A stretch of DNA of 64,000 bases. Origin: Nitrospinales bacterium. GTDB lineage: Bacteria > Nitrospinota > Nitrospinia > Nitrospinales > JAJDAT01. Both the position numbers and the translations under genes were made by a program. Shown here one piece after another: positions 1 through 11,984 of the stretch. The notes below the pieces were generated by a model. The model was not told the origin of the DNA and ran no database searches. It saw nothing but the letters and a program-made list of their open reading frames with translations. Numbering within the stretch: position 1 is the first letter of the stretch; each line of letters starts with the position of its first letter. The DNA lies in assembly GCA_046757665.1 (NCBI GenBank), contig JBHHYO010000007.1, forward strand, positions 1,173-65,172. Reading direction: 5' to 3'.

Positions 1-310
1 CCTCAAGTACCGCATGGAAGGGGTCCTTCCGAGGATTTCCATCAAGGGGTTTCCCCATGAAGACGGGTTTTGGAATATTTGCGTCAAGGATAATGGCGTC
101 GGTTTTGATGAGAAATATTATCACCGGATTTTTCAACCGTTCAAACGGCTACACGATAAACAGAAATTTGATGGAACGGGAATGGGTTTGTTCGTATGCA
201 AAAAAATTGTGGACAGACATTGCGGCAAAATTTCCGTCAAAAGCCAGGCCCGGCACGGCACGACATTTTCCATCCTCCTTCCTGAAAAACATCGGCCAGC
301 GACTTCATAA
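1..310 (+). CDS. Sensor histidine kinase, C-terminal HATPase_c fragment (5' end lies outside the window)
   Basis: The frame is open from base 2. The tail NICVKDNGVGFDEKYYHRIFQPFKRL...GTGMGLFVCKKIVDRHCGKISVKS carries HATPase_c ATP-lid boxes. Stop at 308-310. Confidence 0.8.
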   Translation, partial: LKYRMEGVLPRISIKGFPHEDGFWNICVKDNGVGFDEKYYHRIFQPFKRLHDKQKFDGTGMGLFVCKKIVDRHCGKISVKSQARHGTTFSILLPEKHRPATS

Positions 311-362
311 TATCCGTGAAGGTTGTTCGCGGCGGCAGGCGTCCGTCGGCAACGGATCGGAA

Positions 363-1181
363 TTATTTCTTCATCAAGTCCTTTTTTTCCCGTTCGTACT
401 CAGCGTCGTCAATCAGGCCTTTTTCGCGCAGGTGTTTCAGGAACCGGAGCAACTCGCGTTTATCCGTGGCCCCGGTTTTGCCCGCGGAGGAGGAGGCCGG
501 TTCGCTTCTCATGCTTTTGACGGGCTTGCGGCTTGGCCGGGGCGGGAGCAAGTCGGCAACGATCCAGTTTTCCCGCGGTTTTTTCCCGAAATCGGTTTTT
601 ATGAAGTAGTAACGCTGGCCTTGTTGCGGCGCCAGTTTCCAGGTTCTCTTGCGTATTCCCAGGGGGTCGTTGGAATAATCGACGCCGTTGATTTCCGTAA
701 ACACCCAGTGAATTTTCCGGTCGCCGGCAAACACCTCTCCGGCGGTTGCGCCTTTTGCGGCGGCGAATTCGAAGTGGATGTACCGGTCCCGGCGCGCCCG
801 GTTGAGCGCCTTGGCCAGCAGGCGGCTTATCTTGCCGGCGTCCTTCGGCGTAAAGACGGCTTTCCTTCCGCCTCCGGAGCCGGGTTTTCCGTACCGCAGT
901 GAGAGGAGATGGCGTCGCATCGTGTCTTGTGAAATACGAGCCGGATGTTGCAGTGGCATCGTGTCGATATCCGGGAAAATACGGTTGACACTGCGGTAGG
1001 TGAGGGCGAGACCGTCTTTTTTCAGTGTCTGTTCGCCGCTGAACGCGCCGCCGCATCCCTGCATCAGCAGAACCATCGACCAGAAAACAACCGGCAAGAC
1101 AAGTCTGCCGCCCGGGAAGTTTTCCGAGCGCGGGTAAGAATCCGGGGGCTTTCTTTTGAATCTTTTATTCTCTAAAATCAT
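363..1181 (-). CDS. Putative lipoprotein with SHOCT-like C-terminal helix
   Basis: Lies in ORF 363..1322. The internal ATG at 1181 precedes a hydrophobic segment ending LLMQGC (lipobox-like). The C-terminus LLRFLKHLREKGLIDDAEYEREKKDLMKK resembles the SHOCT motif. Confidence 0.5.
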   Translation of the reverse strand: MILENKRFKRKPPDSYPRSENFPGGRLVLPVVFWSMVLLMQGCGGAFSGEQTLKKDGLALTYRSVNRIFPDIDTMPLQHPARISQDTMRRHLLSLRYGKPGSGGGRKAVFTPKDAGKISRLLAKALNRARRDRYIHFEFAAAKGATAGEVFAGDRKIHWVFTEINGVDYSNDPLGIRKRTWKLAPQQGQRYYFIKTDFGKKPRENWIVADLLPPRPSRKPVKSMRSEPASSSAGKTGATDKRELLRFLKHLREKGLIDDAEYEREKKDLMKK

Positions 1182-1357
1182 CCCATCATTATAATGAAAG
1201 CCCGGCAAGAAAGCACCGGCTTGGTGCGCGATGTTTGCCGGGCAATTCATTCTTTCGTCCTCCCGGCTTTTTTGCGGGGAGGAAGATTTGAGCGAGGCGC
1301 CGGGCGGGTTCGCCCGTGGCAACTATTTTTAACCTGTTGATTTGGGGAGGACCTTTC

Positions 1358-1771
1358 ATGAGAAAGCTGTTTTTGATGTCAGGTGTTTTGTGGATGTTTC
1401 TGTTCGTTTTGACTGTCTCCGGCGCCCTTGCCGCCAACGCGGTGACCATCGTCAAACCGCTGAATGGAGCCACCGTGAGCGGCCCGGTGGAGGTTTGCAT
1501 GGAAGTTTTCGGAGTGCAGGTGGAACCGGCAAAAAACGGCGTGAACGCCGGCAAGGGCCATCATCATTTGCTGATTGACGTTGACTTGCCGGCCAACCTG
1601 GGCAACGCCATCGGCAAGGATGCCAACCACGTTCACATGGGTGACGGCTCCACGTGCAAAACGCTGACTCTGGGTTCGGGCAAGCATATCATTCGCGCCC
1701 TGTTTGCCCAGGGCAATCATGTGCCCTATAACCCGCCTCTCTCGGACACCATTGAGATTACCGTGAAATAA
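1358..1771 (+). CDS. Secreted DUF4399-like protein
   Basis: GGAGG sits 8 nt upstream of the ATG at 1358. Signal peptide MRKLFLMSGVLWMFLFVLTVSGALA. The GKGHHHLLIDVD motif matches what I remember of DUF4399. Confidence 0.55.
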   Translation: MRKLFLMSGVLWMFLFVLTVSGALAANAVTIVKPLNGATVSGPVEVCMEVFGVQVEPAKNGVNAGKGHHHLLIDVDLPANLGNAIGKDANHVHMGDGSTCKTLTLGSGKHIIRALFAQGNHVPYNPPLSDTIEITVK

Positions 1772-1786
1772 GAACGGCGCGGTTTT

Positions 1787-1828
1787 CCCCCGTTCCCGCT
1801 TTTGTGCGGGGACGGGGTTTTTTATTTT
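1787..1828 (+). terminator. Rho-independent terminator after the DUF4399-like gene
   Basis: A 12-bp GC-rich stem (ccccgttcccgc / gcggggacgggg), loop ttttgt, then TTTTTTATTTT. Confidence 0.7.
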
Positions 1829-1831
1829 CGC

Positions 1832-2770
1832 TCAGCGCGACCCGCCGTTGACCCGCGTCAGGATATCCTTGTCGGAGAAGCGCGCCGCCTTTTTTTCCGC
1901 CCGGCGTCCCGCCAATGCCCGTGGAAGCCGCCCCAGCGCCATGAAAAAAGCGATCCAGAACCGGCCCTTCAGCCGCAACAGGTCGCGCACCAGAAACAGA
2001 GGAATGAAAAACAGAAACGATACCGTCATCGCCGGGTCGAGGATGTTTTTCCAAACGAAGAGATAATTGTTGCGCGCCGAGATCAGGCCGATGCGCCGTT
2101 GTTTTTCCTGCCTGCCGATAGTGCCCCGCACCTTGTGATAGGCGATGGCCCGCGGTTCGTAGCGCACTTCCCAGCCCCGCTTGAGCGCCCGGTAGGAAAG
2201 GTCGATCTCCTCGTAATACAGAGGATGATACATGGGCTCGAACCCGCCCAGTTGCAGGTAGCGCTTGCGGTCCACCATGAACGCGCCGCCGCAGGCGAAG
2301 AGGGTCTGGCTGTCGTCGTCCGGAGGTTTCTCGTAAAGATGGAAATGTCCGCGGCGAAAAAAACCGCCCCGGTTGCCGTAGAGAAAAGTTGTGCGGTCGA
2401 AATCGAAAAATTTTCCGCTGACGGCGAACACCTCGCCGTCGTCGAAATGCGCGGCCAGATGAAACAGCGCGCGTTCGTCGAGCTTGATGTCGTTGTTCAT
2501 CGGCATCACAAGGCGCGACCCGGCCAGCTTCACCGCGTAGTTGTTCGCTTCCTGGAAGCCGAGGTTGCGGGGCGTGCGTTCCCCGCGGACCGCGGGGAAC
2601 TCCCGGGCCAGCATCTCCAGACTGCCGTCCGTGCCGCAATCGTCGATCACCATGATTTCATAACTGTGGGCGGTGTCGCGCTCCACCGCCGCGATGATCG
2701 AAGGCAGGCATTCCCGCAAGAGATCGACGCCGTTCCAATTGGTGATGATGAGGGTGATGTCCGGAGTCAT
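1832..2770 (-). CDS. Family 2 glycosyltransferase
   Basis: N-terminus ITLIITNWNGVDLLRECLPSI...IMVIDDCGTDGS is typical of the GT2 (GT-A) fold. 312 aa. Confidence 0.8.
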   Translation of the reverse strand: MTPDITLIITNWNGVDLLRECLPSIIAAVERDTAHSYEIMVIDDCGTDGSLEMLAREFPAVRGERTPRNLGFQEANNYAVKLAGSRLVMPMNNDIKLDERALFHLAAHFDDGEVFAVSGKFFDFDRTTFLYGNRGGFFRRGHFHLYEKPPDDDSQTLFACGGAFMVDRKRYLQLGGFEPMYHPLYYEEIDLSYRALKRGWEVRYEPRAIAYHKVRGTIGRQEKQRRIGLISARNNYLFVWKNILDPAMTVSFLFFIPLFLVRDLLRLKGRFWIAFFMALGRLPRALAGRRAEKKAARFSDKDILTRVNGGSR

Positions 2771-2825
2771 AAATAACGTATCGGCTGTTTTGGCGCAAAA
2801 CGTAGGGATCGGACCTGCCCGATCC

Positions 2826-5663
<2,838 letters not shown>

Positions 5664-5707
5664 CGACGGGGGGTGGTCTTATTGTGGGAAACGGGTGCGT
5701 CCGTTTC

Positions 5708-7528
5708 CTATTCCTGCCCGAAAAGCCGGCGCCATTTTTCGCTGACGCGGGTTTTGATCTCCGGCGACATGGCGATTTCCTCCGGCCATCTCTGCGTGTA
5801 GCCTTTCTCCCCCTGTTTTGCGGTGGCGTCGATGCCGATGCCGCCGTCCTTGAAATGGAAGTCGCGCCCGGGGTCGAGGTTGGCGAACAATTTCCACGCC
5901 ACCGCGGAGTAATCCGTTAGTTTAACATGTTCTTCCAGGACGATGAGAATCGAAAATGTTTCCGGGGGAGTGTCCTTGAAGAAAGCCTTGATGAACTCGA
6001 CGGCCTGGCCGGGCCGCGTTTTCTCGAAAGCGGCCAGTATCACCGGATGGCGGACGTTCAGCGCCGGGATGTGGCAGTCCCTGACTTGCTTGAATTTCGC
6101 CGATATCGTTTCGAGCCGGATGGGCGGCGTTGTCCGGCCCGGCGGCGTCTGGCCGAACCCCGGTTCGCCCGCAACCCTGGCCGTGGCGTCGATTCCCAGT
6201 TTGGAGCCGTAAAGCGCCCGGTCGGAGGCGTGATTCAATACGTCCAGAATCCCCTCGGCAAAGAACAGGTCGTTTTGGAAGTCGACCTGGTTTAACAGGA
6301 TATTGACGATTTCCCCGACGTTGTGGACGTCGGTTCCGGCATCGACGACGACAATGGTTTTGACGAAACTCATCTGCCCCAGGCCCCACAGGGCGCTCAT
6401 CAGCCTGCGCGCCTGCATGGGAAACCGTTTGTCGATGGAAACGATGACGCAGTTGTGGAACACGCCCTCCAGCGGCATGTTCATATCGACGATTTCGGGC
6501 AGGTGCAGGCGCATGAGGGGCAGAAAAATCCGCTCGGTGGCCTTGCCCAGATAAAAATCCTCCTGCGGCGGTTTGCCGACGATCGTCGTCAGATAAACGG
6601 GGTTTTTGCGATGGGTGATGGCGGTGACGTGGAATACCGGGTAATCGCCGTCCTGCGAATAGTAGCCCGTATGGTCGCCGAACGGCCCCTCGGTGCGCGC
6701 TTCCGCCGGATCGATAAATCCTTCGAGGACGATTTCCGCCTCGGCGGGCACCGTCAAATCGACGGTTTTGCATTTGACCAGGGGCACCGGGGTCTTGCGG
6801 ATGAATCCCGCCAGCAGAAATTCGTCCACGCCGTAGGGCAGGGGGGCGGAGGCGGCGTAGCAGGTTGCCGGGTCGCCGCCGAGGGCCACCGCCACCTGCA
6901 TGGTTTGCTTGTGCCGCTTGAACTCGTGGAAAAAATGGGCGCCGTCCTTGTGAATATGCCAATGCATGGCCGTGGTTTTTTTGTCGAACACCTGCATCCG
7001 GTAAAGCCCGACGTTGCGGATGCGGCCGTCGAGACTGCGGTTGATCACCATGGGGAAGGTGATGAACCGTCCGGCATCGCCGGGCCAGCACTGGAGGATG
7101 GGGATGCGTTCCAGATCGACCGCCTCTCCCGTCAGCGCCACTTCCTGGCAGGGCGCGCCGCCGCTCACTATTTTCGGGGGAAAATTGGCGGCCTCCAACA
7201 GCATCGGCAACATCTTGATTTTGTCGGCGAGCCCGGAGGGTGGTTCCAGTTTCAGGAACCGCTCGATGTCCTGGGCGACCTTTTCGATATCGTTGACTCC
7301 CAGCGCGAGGTTCATCCGTTTGCGACTGCCGAAGGCGTTGATCAACACCGGCATCGTGCTTCCCCGCACCTGTTCGAAGAGCAACGCCTTGCCGCCGCCG
7401 GGGCTTTTGGACACCCGGTCGGCGATTTCCGCGATTTCCAGAATCGGCGAAACCGGTTCCCGAATTCGGATCAACTCGTTTTCCGATTCAAGCCGTTCGA
7501 TGAATTCCCTCAGGGAATGGTAAGCCAT
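5708..7528 (-). CDS. UbiD-family (prenyl-FMN dependent) decarboxylase, long ~606-aa form as seen in futalosine-type menaquinone pathways
   Basis: Start taken at [26 protein letters not shown] (ATG at 7528). UbiD-like core throughout. The upstream part of ORF 5708..7693 looks non-coding. Confidence 0.85.
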   Translation of the reverse strand: MAYHSLREFIERLESENELIRIREPVSPILEIAEIADRVSKSPGGGKALLFEQVRGSTMPVLINAFGSRKRMNLALGVNDIEKVAQDIERFLKLEPPSGLADKIKMLPMLLEAANFPPKIVSGGAPCQEVALTGEAVDLERIPILQCWPGDAGRFITFPMVINRSLDGRIRNVGLYRMQVFDKKTTAMHWHIHKDGAHFFHEFKRHKQTMQVAVALGGDPATCYAASAPLPYGVDEFLLAGFIRKTPVPLVKCKTVDLTVPAEAEIVLEGFIDPAEARTEGPFGDHTGYYSQDGDYPVFHVTAITHRKNPVYLTTIVGKPPQEDFYLGKATERIFLPLMRLHLPEIVDMNMPLEGVFHNCVIVSIDKRFPMQARRLMSALWGLGQMSFVKTIVVVDAGTDVHNVGEIVNILLNQVDFQNDLFFAEGILDVLNHASDRALYGSKLGIDATARVAGEPGFGQTPPGRTTPPIRLETISAKFKQVRDCHIPALNVRHPVILAAFEKTRPGQAVEFIKAFFKDTPPETFSILIVLEEHVKLTDYSAVAWKLFANLDPGRDFHFKDGGIGIDATAKQGEKGYTQRWPEEIAMSPEIKTRVSEKWRRLFGQE

Positions 7529-7700
7529 ATGATTCCAGGGTTGAGTTACGACAATCGCAAGGACGCCGGATGGCGGGAAGCGGTGAAAACGCATTATATA
7601 GCACACCGCCGCCGTTCCGCGAAAAAATTTGCGAACCGGATTGCATTCCCGCATGATGTTGAATAAAATTATTTTTGTGTGAACAGGCTTCAAATGGATT

Positions 7701-8444
7701 ATGAAAATGCGATTGTTATCAAACCGTTTGATGGCCCTGGGTTTCGGGCTTTTTTTGTTTTTTCTGCTGGTGGCGGCGTCGCCTCCCGGCAGTCAGGAAG
7801 CCATGGTTCTGATCCCCGGAGGCCAGTTCCACATGGGATCGAACGATCATGGCTTGGATGAGAAGCCCGTCCACGTCGTTCGCCTCGACTCGTTTTATAT
7901 GGACAAATACGAAGTGACGCAAAGGGACTTTGAGCGGGTGATGGGCAAGAACCCGTCGCGTTTCAAGGGGGCCGACCGGCCGGTGGACCGGGCGACGTGG
8001 TTTGCGGCGAAAGCCTATTGCCGCAAAGTGGGCAAGCGTCTGCCCACCGAGGCGGAATGGGAATACGCCATCCGGGGAGGAAGCAAGGGTGGCGGCTTTG
8101 GCGGATTTTGGTTCAAGGGCAACTCCAACAAGCAAACGCATCCCGTGGGCCTGAAACAACCCAACGCCCTGGGCTTGTACGATATGCTGGGCAACCTTTG
8201 GGAATGGGTGGAGGATTGGTACGGCGAGGATTATTATAAAACCGGTCCGCCGGAGAACCCCAAGGGGCCGCCCGCGGGAGAGTTCAAGGTGTTGCGCGGC
8301 GGTTCCTGGAAACTTCAAGCCAGCCTCGTCCGCCCCGCCAACCGCCTCCGGGGAACGCCCGGCAAACTCAATTATAATTACGGATTCCGCTGTGTCCGCG
8401 ACGTTACGCCGCTCAAGCACGCCGCGAGCGGCGGCAACCGGTGA
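7701..8444 (+). CDS. FGE-sulfatase (SUMF1/formylglycine-generating enzyme-like) domain protein, paralog 1
   Basis: Signal peptide, then MVLIPGGQFHMGS...FYMDKYEVTQRDFERVMG...RLPTEAEWEYA...YDMLGNLWEWVEDWY...VLRGGSW...GFRCVRD. Confidence 0.85.
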   Translation: MKMRLLSNRLMALGFGLFLFFLLVAASPPGSQEAMVLIPGGQFHMGSNDHGLDEKPVHVVRLDSFYMDKYEVTQRDFERVMGKNPSRFKGADRPVDRATWFAAKAYCRKVGKRLPTEAEWEYAIRGGSKGGGFGGFWFKGNSNKQTHPVGLKQPNALGLYDMLGNLWEWVEDWYGEDYYKTGPPENPKGPPAGEFKVLRGGSWKLQASLVRPANRLRGTPGKLNYNYGFRCVRDVTPLKHAASGGNR

Positions 8445-9538
8445 TTGCTTTGTTTATGCGCCGCGCTTGCATTCTGACCGTTTGTTTCCTGCTGACGTCC
8501 GCGCTTGCCGGTTCCCCGGCATGGGCGGCGGTCAGTAAAGTCGACGTGCCGCCCAAACAACAGTATCGTCAGTTGAAAAAACAACTGCTCAAGCAGATCA
8601 GGGCCAAGGACTATGCGGAAACCCTCAAGGCGCTGGAGGCAATCGGCAAGCTCAACATGCCCATTTCGGCGGCGTTGATTTTCGTCAAGGGCGAGGCTCT
8701 GCTACGCACCGGCAAGCCCGCCGAGGCGAAAATCATGTTGGAAAAGTACATCGGCAAGGTGGGCGATAAGGGAAAATTTTTCAACAAGGCCAGAAAACTG
8801 CTCGTCGAGGCGGAAAAAGAGGAAAAGCGTTTGCAGGCCCGGTTGCGGCGCAAAAACCAGGAACCCATGGTGTTCATCGAGGGCGGAACGTTCCAGATGG
8901 GTGAGGAAAACATGGGAAGCGTCGACAACCCTCTCCATACCGTTAGCGTCGATTCGTTCTATCTGGACCGGTACGAGGTGACGCAAGAGGAGTTTGAGCG
9001 GGTCATGGGCAGAAATCAATCCTATTTCAAAGCGCCCGACCGGCCGGCGGAACAGGTGAACTGGTTCGACGCCGCGGAATACTGCAAAAAAGTGGGCAAG
9101 CGCCTGCCCACCGAGGCGGAATGGGAATACGCCGCCCGGGGAGGCAAGAAAGGCGGCGACCCCGGTGGGTTTTGGTACCGGGATAACTCCGGAAAGGAAT
9201 CGCGACCCGTCGGTTTGCTGGAGCCGAATGCCCTGGGATTGTATGATATGCTGGGCAACGTCTGGGAATGGACGGCGGACTGGTATGACGCGGAGTACTA
9301 CCGCACCGGTTCCACCAGCAATCCCAAGGGCCCTGTCGTGGAAGAATCCAGGGGTTTGCGCGGCGCCATGCCATCCGACACGCTCGAACTGGGCCATCCG
9401 ATCAGCGTGAAGTACAAGGTTCTGCGCGGCGGGTCGTGGCGCAACAAAAAAGAGTTCGTTCGACCGGGGTTCCGCGATTACTACACGCCGGACTACCGCC
9501 GTAGCATCAGCGGCGTGCGTTGCGCCAGGGATAAATGA
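8441..9538 (+). CDS. FGE-sulfatase domain protein, paralog 2, with ~130-aa helical N-terminal extension
   Basis: The GTG at 8441 overlaps the upstream TGA (GTGA); an alternative ATG is at 8456 (MRRACILTV... signal peptide). Same FGE motif series, including RLPTEAEWEYA and YDMLGNVWEW. Confidence 0.85.
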   Translation: MIALFMRRACILTVCFLLTSALAGSPAWAAVSKVDVPPKQQYRQLKKQLLKQIRAKDYAETLKALEAIGKLNMPISAALIFVKGEALLRTGKPAEAKIMLEKYIGKVGDKGKFFNKARKLLVEAEKEEKRLQARLRRKNQEPMVFIEGGTFQMGEENMGSVDNPLHTVSVDSFYLDRYEVTQEEFERVMGRNQSYFKAPDRPAEQVNWFDAAEYCKKVGKRLPTEAEWEYAARGGKKGGDPGGFWYRDNSGKESRPVGLLEPNALGLYDMLGNVWEWTADWYDAEYYRTGSTSNPKGPVVEESRGLRGAMPSDTLELGHPISVKYKVLRGGSWRNKKEFVRPGFRDYYTPDYRRSISGVRCARDK

Positions 9539-9667
9539 TCCGTCTATTTTCCAAGGGTACGGTACAGTTTTCCGATAAATGTTTGGGTGTATGTCTACGG
9601 TAATTTGGTGAGGGCAGAACCTTAAAGCTTTGGTTGAATTTTGGAGAAAGCGTAATGAAAGGGCTTT

Positions 9668-10369
9668 ATGAATAAATTGGTTCCTGAAGTAATCTTTGAC
9701 CGATTTGCTTCCCGGCTTCGTGAAAAGGAAAACGACTTGCGATATATAATTTATGCCCCTGGTGGATGGGAGAAGTGGGCACAGTGGGAAATGTATCTTT
9801 GTTTTAAAGATTGTTTAATTCCTGTTGTCTATAACGGAGATTGGAAGGAACTCAAAAAGCAGAGCGAAGTTTTAGCGGATATTGGTCTTGAATATCCCTT
9901 TGGGGGAAGAAAAAGAAAAGGAAATATTAGACCGGATCTTTTTGTTGCCGCTGAACCGTTTTTGATAAATTGGGTAGATGTGAATAGCTGGCAGATTAAA
10001 GGTACGAATATGGAGGATCAACTTTGGGAAAAGTATGAGGAAGCCTATTGTCATTATATTGAGTTAAAAACCGAATGGTGGAATTTGAACGCTAGAAAAA
10101 AGAGCCCAAAGAAATTTTTAGAGGATATTGATAAAATTTCGAGGCAAAACTATGACACCCTCAGAAGCTATAAGCCAAAAACTTTTATGGCCATAAGCAT
10201 AGTCACCTTTTATTCTGGAAGCAAAAAACAAAAGGACGCGAAATTTGAGGATTTGATAAAAGAGATTAAAGGTTTGAAATCCAGTTTGCGCAGGTACAAG
10301 CGGCGCTATAAATTCCTCTACACCCATTTATTTGATCAAACTTTTCTCATAGGGGCCTATCGGTCATAA
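9668..10369 (+). CDS. Hypothetical protein, candidate PD-(D/E)XK nuclease fold, in low-GC islet
   Basis: 233-aa ORF at roughly 40% G+C. Motif order E35/E41 ... RPD90 ... IE132-L-K134 fits PD-(D/E)XK. I recognise no other family. Confidence 0.45.
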   Translation: MNKLVPEVIFDRFASRLREKENDLRYIIYAPGGWEKWAQWEMYLCFKDCLIPVVYNGDWKELKKQSEVLADIGLEYPFGGRKRKGNIRPDLFVAAEPFLINWVDVNSWQIKGTNMEDQLWEKYEEAYCHYIELKTEWWNLNARKKSPKKFLEDIDKISRQNYDTLRSYKPKTFMAISIVTFYSGSKKQKDAKFEDLIKEIKGLKSSLRRYKRRYKFLYTHLFDQTFLIGAYRS

Positions 10370-10380
10370 AAAAGTTCTTC

Positions 10381-10413
10381 TTGACATGGTTATCACTCAA
10401 TGATAACTATAGG
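10381..10413 (+). promoter_or_regulatory. Promoter-like TTGACA plus perfect 7-bp inverted repeat (GTTATCA-N5-TGATAAC), putative operator
   Basis: TTGACA at 10381-10386. Inverted repeat at 10389-10395 / 10401-10407, ending 8 nt before the ATG at 10416. Confidence 0.45.
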
Positions 10414-10415
10414 CT

Positions 10416-10790
10416 ATGAGCTATCAGGGACGCGATCGGAGCTTGGATACGCTTTTGGAGCTTGACGGTCAGGTTCTGGTTGTCGATCCGGCGGGCAAGC
10501 ACTGGGTGAAGTTTTCGGTCAAACAGGTTAACCCGTCCTCTGAAAAGCCGCACGGCTTGAACTATTCCTTGACCCTCCATGATGAAGCCGGACGGCGTTT
10601 GGTGGGTTTCGACAATGCTCACGCGGTGTGGTCCGGTTCGGGGCCGGGAAAGTGGGTGCGAAAACGCTACGATCACAAACACCGGTTGCGCAGGATCAAG
10701 CCATACGATTATACGAGTGCCGCCGCGTTGCTGGCCGACTTCTGGGACGAGGTGGACGCTGTTCTCAAGGAAAAAGGAATTATCGGATGA
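10416..10790 (+). CDS. DUF6516 / TumE-like putative toxin
   Basis: PHGLNYSLTLHDEAGRRLVGFDNAH...DHKH...PYDYTSAAALLADFWDEVD matches the motif pattern I remember for DUF6516. Confidence 0.65.
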   Translation: MSYQGRDRSLDTLLELDGQVLVVDPAGKHWVKFSVKQVNPSSEKPHGLNYSLTLHDEAGRRLVGFDNAHAVWSGSGPGKWVRKRYDHKHRLRRIKPYDYTSAAALLADFWDEVDAVLKEKGIIG

Positions 10791-11167
10791 GTACATTAAA
10801 GATTGGCATCGCGGGCTATGACGAGATGAAAGCCAGAACCCTGGCTATCGCACGCGGGGATCATAAACCCAAACGGGGTGAACCCAAGGTCTGGTTTACT
10901 TCCATGGAGAGTTTTGCCAAGGTGCTTTCGGACCGTAACCGGAGTCTGCTCGATTTAATCATAGCCACAAAACCGGATTCCATGGCCGAGCTTGCAACCC
11001 TTTCCGGCCGCGCTAAATCCAATCTTTCGCGGACTCTCCGCACCATGGAGCGTTATGGATTGGTGCGCCTGAAAAAGAATGCGGCCGGTCGGATTGTCCC
11101 TCGCGTCCTTTACACGGACATTGTGTTGGACGTTCCAATCGGTGCAAAAAAACCAGGTGCATCCTGA
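10787..11167 (+). CDS. Winged-HTH DNA-binding protein (HVO_A0114/MarR-like), putative cognate antitoxin
   Basis: ATGA overlap with the upstream gene. MSTLKIGIAGYDEMKARTLAIARG...WFTSMESFAKVLS...MAELATLSGRAKSNLSRTLRTMERYGLVRL. Confidence 0.65.
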   Translation: MSTLKIGIAGYDEMKARTLAIARGDHKPKRGEPKVWFTSMESFAKVLSDRNRSLLDLIIATKPDSMAELATLSGRAKSNLSRTLRTMERYGLVRLKKNAAGRIVPRVLYTDIVLDVPIGAKKPGAS

Positions 11168-11204
11168 ACATGCCGCTGGCAACAGGGTTTCGTAGAGGTG
11201 ATCG

Positions 11205-11945
11205 ATGAGAAATAAACGGCTATCGAAATTTTTGGCGGGCTGGGGGTTGATGGGTTATTTGGGCTTTTTTCTGTTCGCCGGGATTTCGTTTGCCGCCGAT
11301 GACGGCATGGTGTCGGTTCCGATGATATCGGTCCCGGCGGGGGAGTTCAAAATGGGCGGGCCGAAAAAGCATGACGGCAAGCCGATCCACACCGTGCGCG
11401 TCGATGAATTCAGAATCGACAAATTCGAGGTGACGCAGAAAGAGTTCGAGCGGGTGATGGGAAATAATCCCTCCAGGTTCAAGGGGGAAAAGCGTCCCGT
11501 GGACAGTGTGACCTGGAAAGAGGCAAACGAATACTGCGCCAAGGTGGGCAAGCGTCTGCCGACCGAGGCGGAATGGGAATACGCCGCCCGGGGCGGCGGC
11601 AAGGACGACGGTTTCGGCGCTTACTGGTACAAGGGCAATTCGGGAAAGGAAACGCATCCCGTGGGTGAAATGCCGTCGAACTCCCTGGGGATTTACGATA
11701 TGCTGGGCAATGTCTGGGAGTGGGTGGCCGACTGGTTTGACGCGGATTATTACAAGACCAGCCCGCGGGACAACCCCAAGGGGCCGGAGAACGGTACGCA
11801 ACGTGTGGCGCGTGGCGGCTCCTGGGGCGGCGCGCCGCTCAGCGTCCGCGTCTTTTTCCGCTTAAAGCTCGACCCGGCGACTCAAAACAGCGCCGTCGGT
11901 TTTCGTTGCGCCTCATCAGGCTCTTCCGGCGGTATGCTTCTGTAA
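11205..11945 (+). CDS. FGE-sulfatase domain protein, paralog 3
   Basis: Signal peptide, then the same motif series (FRIDKFEVTQKEFERVMG, RLPTEAEWEYA, YDMLGNVWEW, GFRCAS). Confidence 0.85.
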   Translation: MRNKRLSKFLAGWGLMGYLGFFLFAGISFAADDGMVSVPMISVPAGEFKMGGPKKHDGKPIHTVRVDEFRIDKFEVTQKEFERVMGNNPSRFKGEKRPVDSVTWKEANEYCAKVGKRLPTEAEWEYAARGGGKDDGFGAYWYKGNSGKETHPVGEMPSNSLGIYDMLGNVWEWVADWFDADYYKTSPRDNPKGPENGTQRVARGGSWGGAPLSVRVFFRLKLDPATQNSAVGFRCASSGSSGGMLL

Positions 11946-11984
11946 CCGGTTTGGGGTGGCAATCTCTTGACCTCCGGCAAATCC

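Noticed and set aside
6323-7666. 447-aa plus-strand ORF and 389-aa minus-strand alternate-frame ORF inside the UbiD-family gene
   Set aside because: Shadow ORFs of a clearly recognisable decarboxylase gene, with low-complexity translations.
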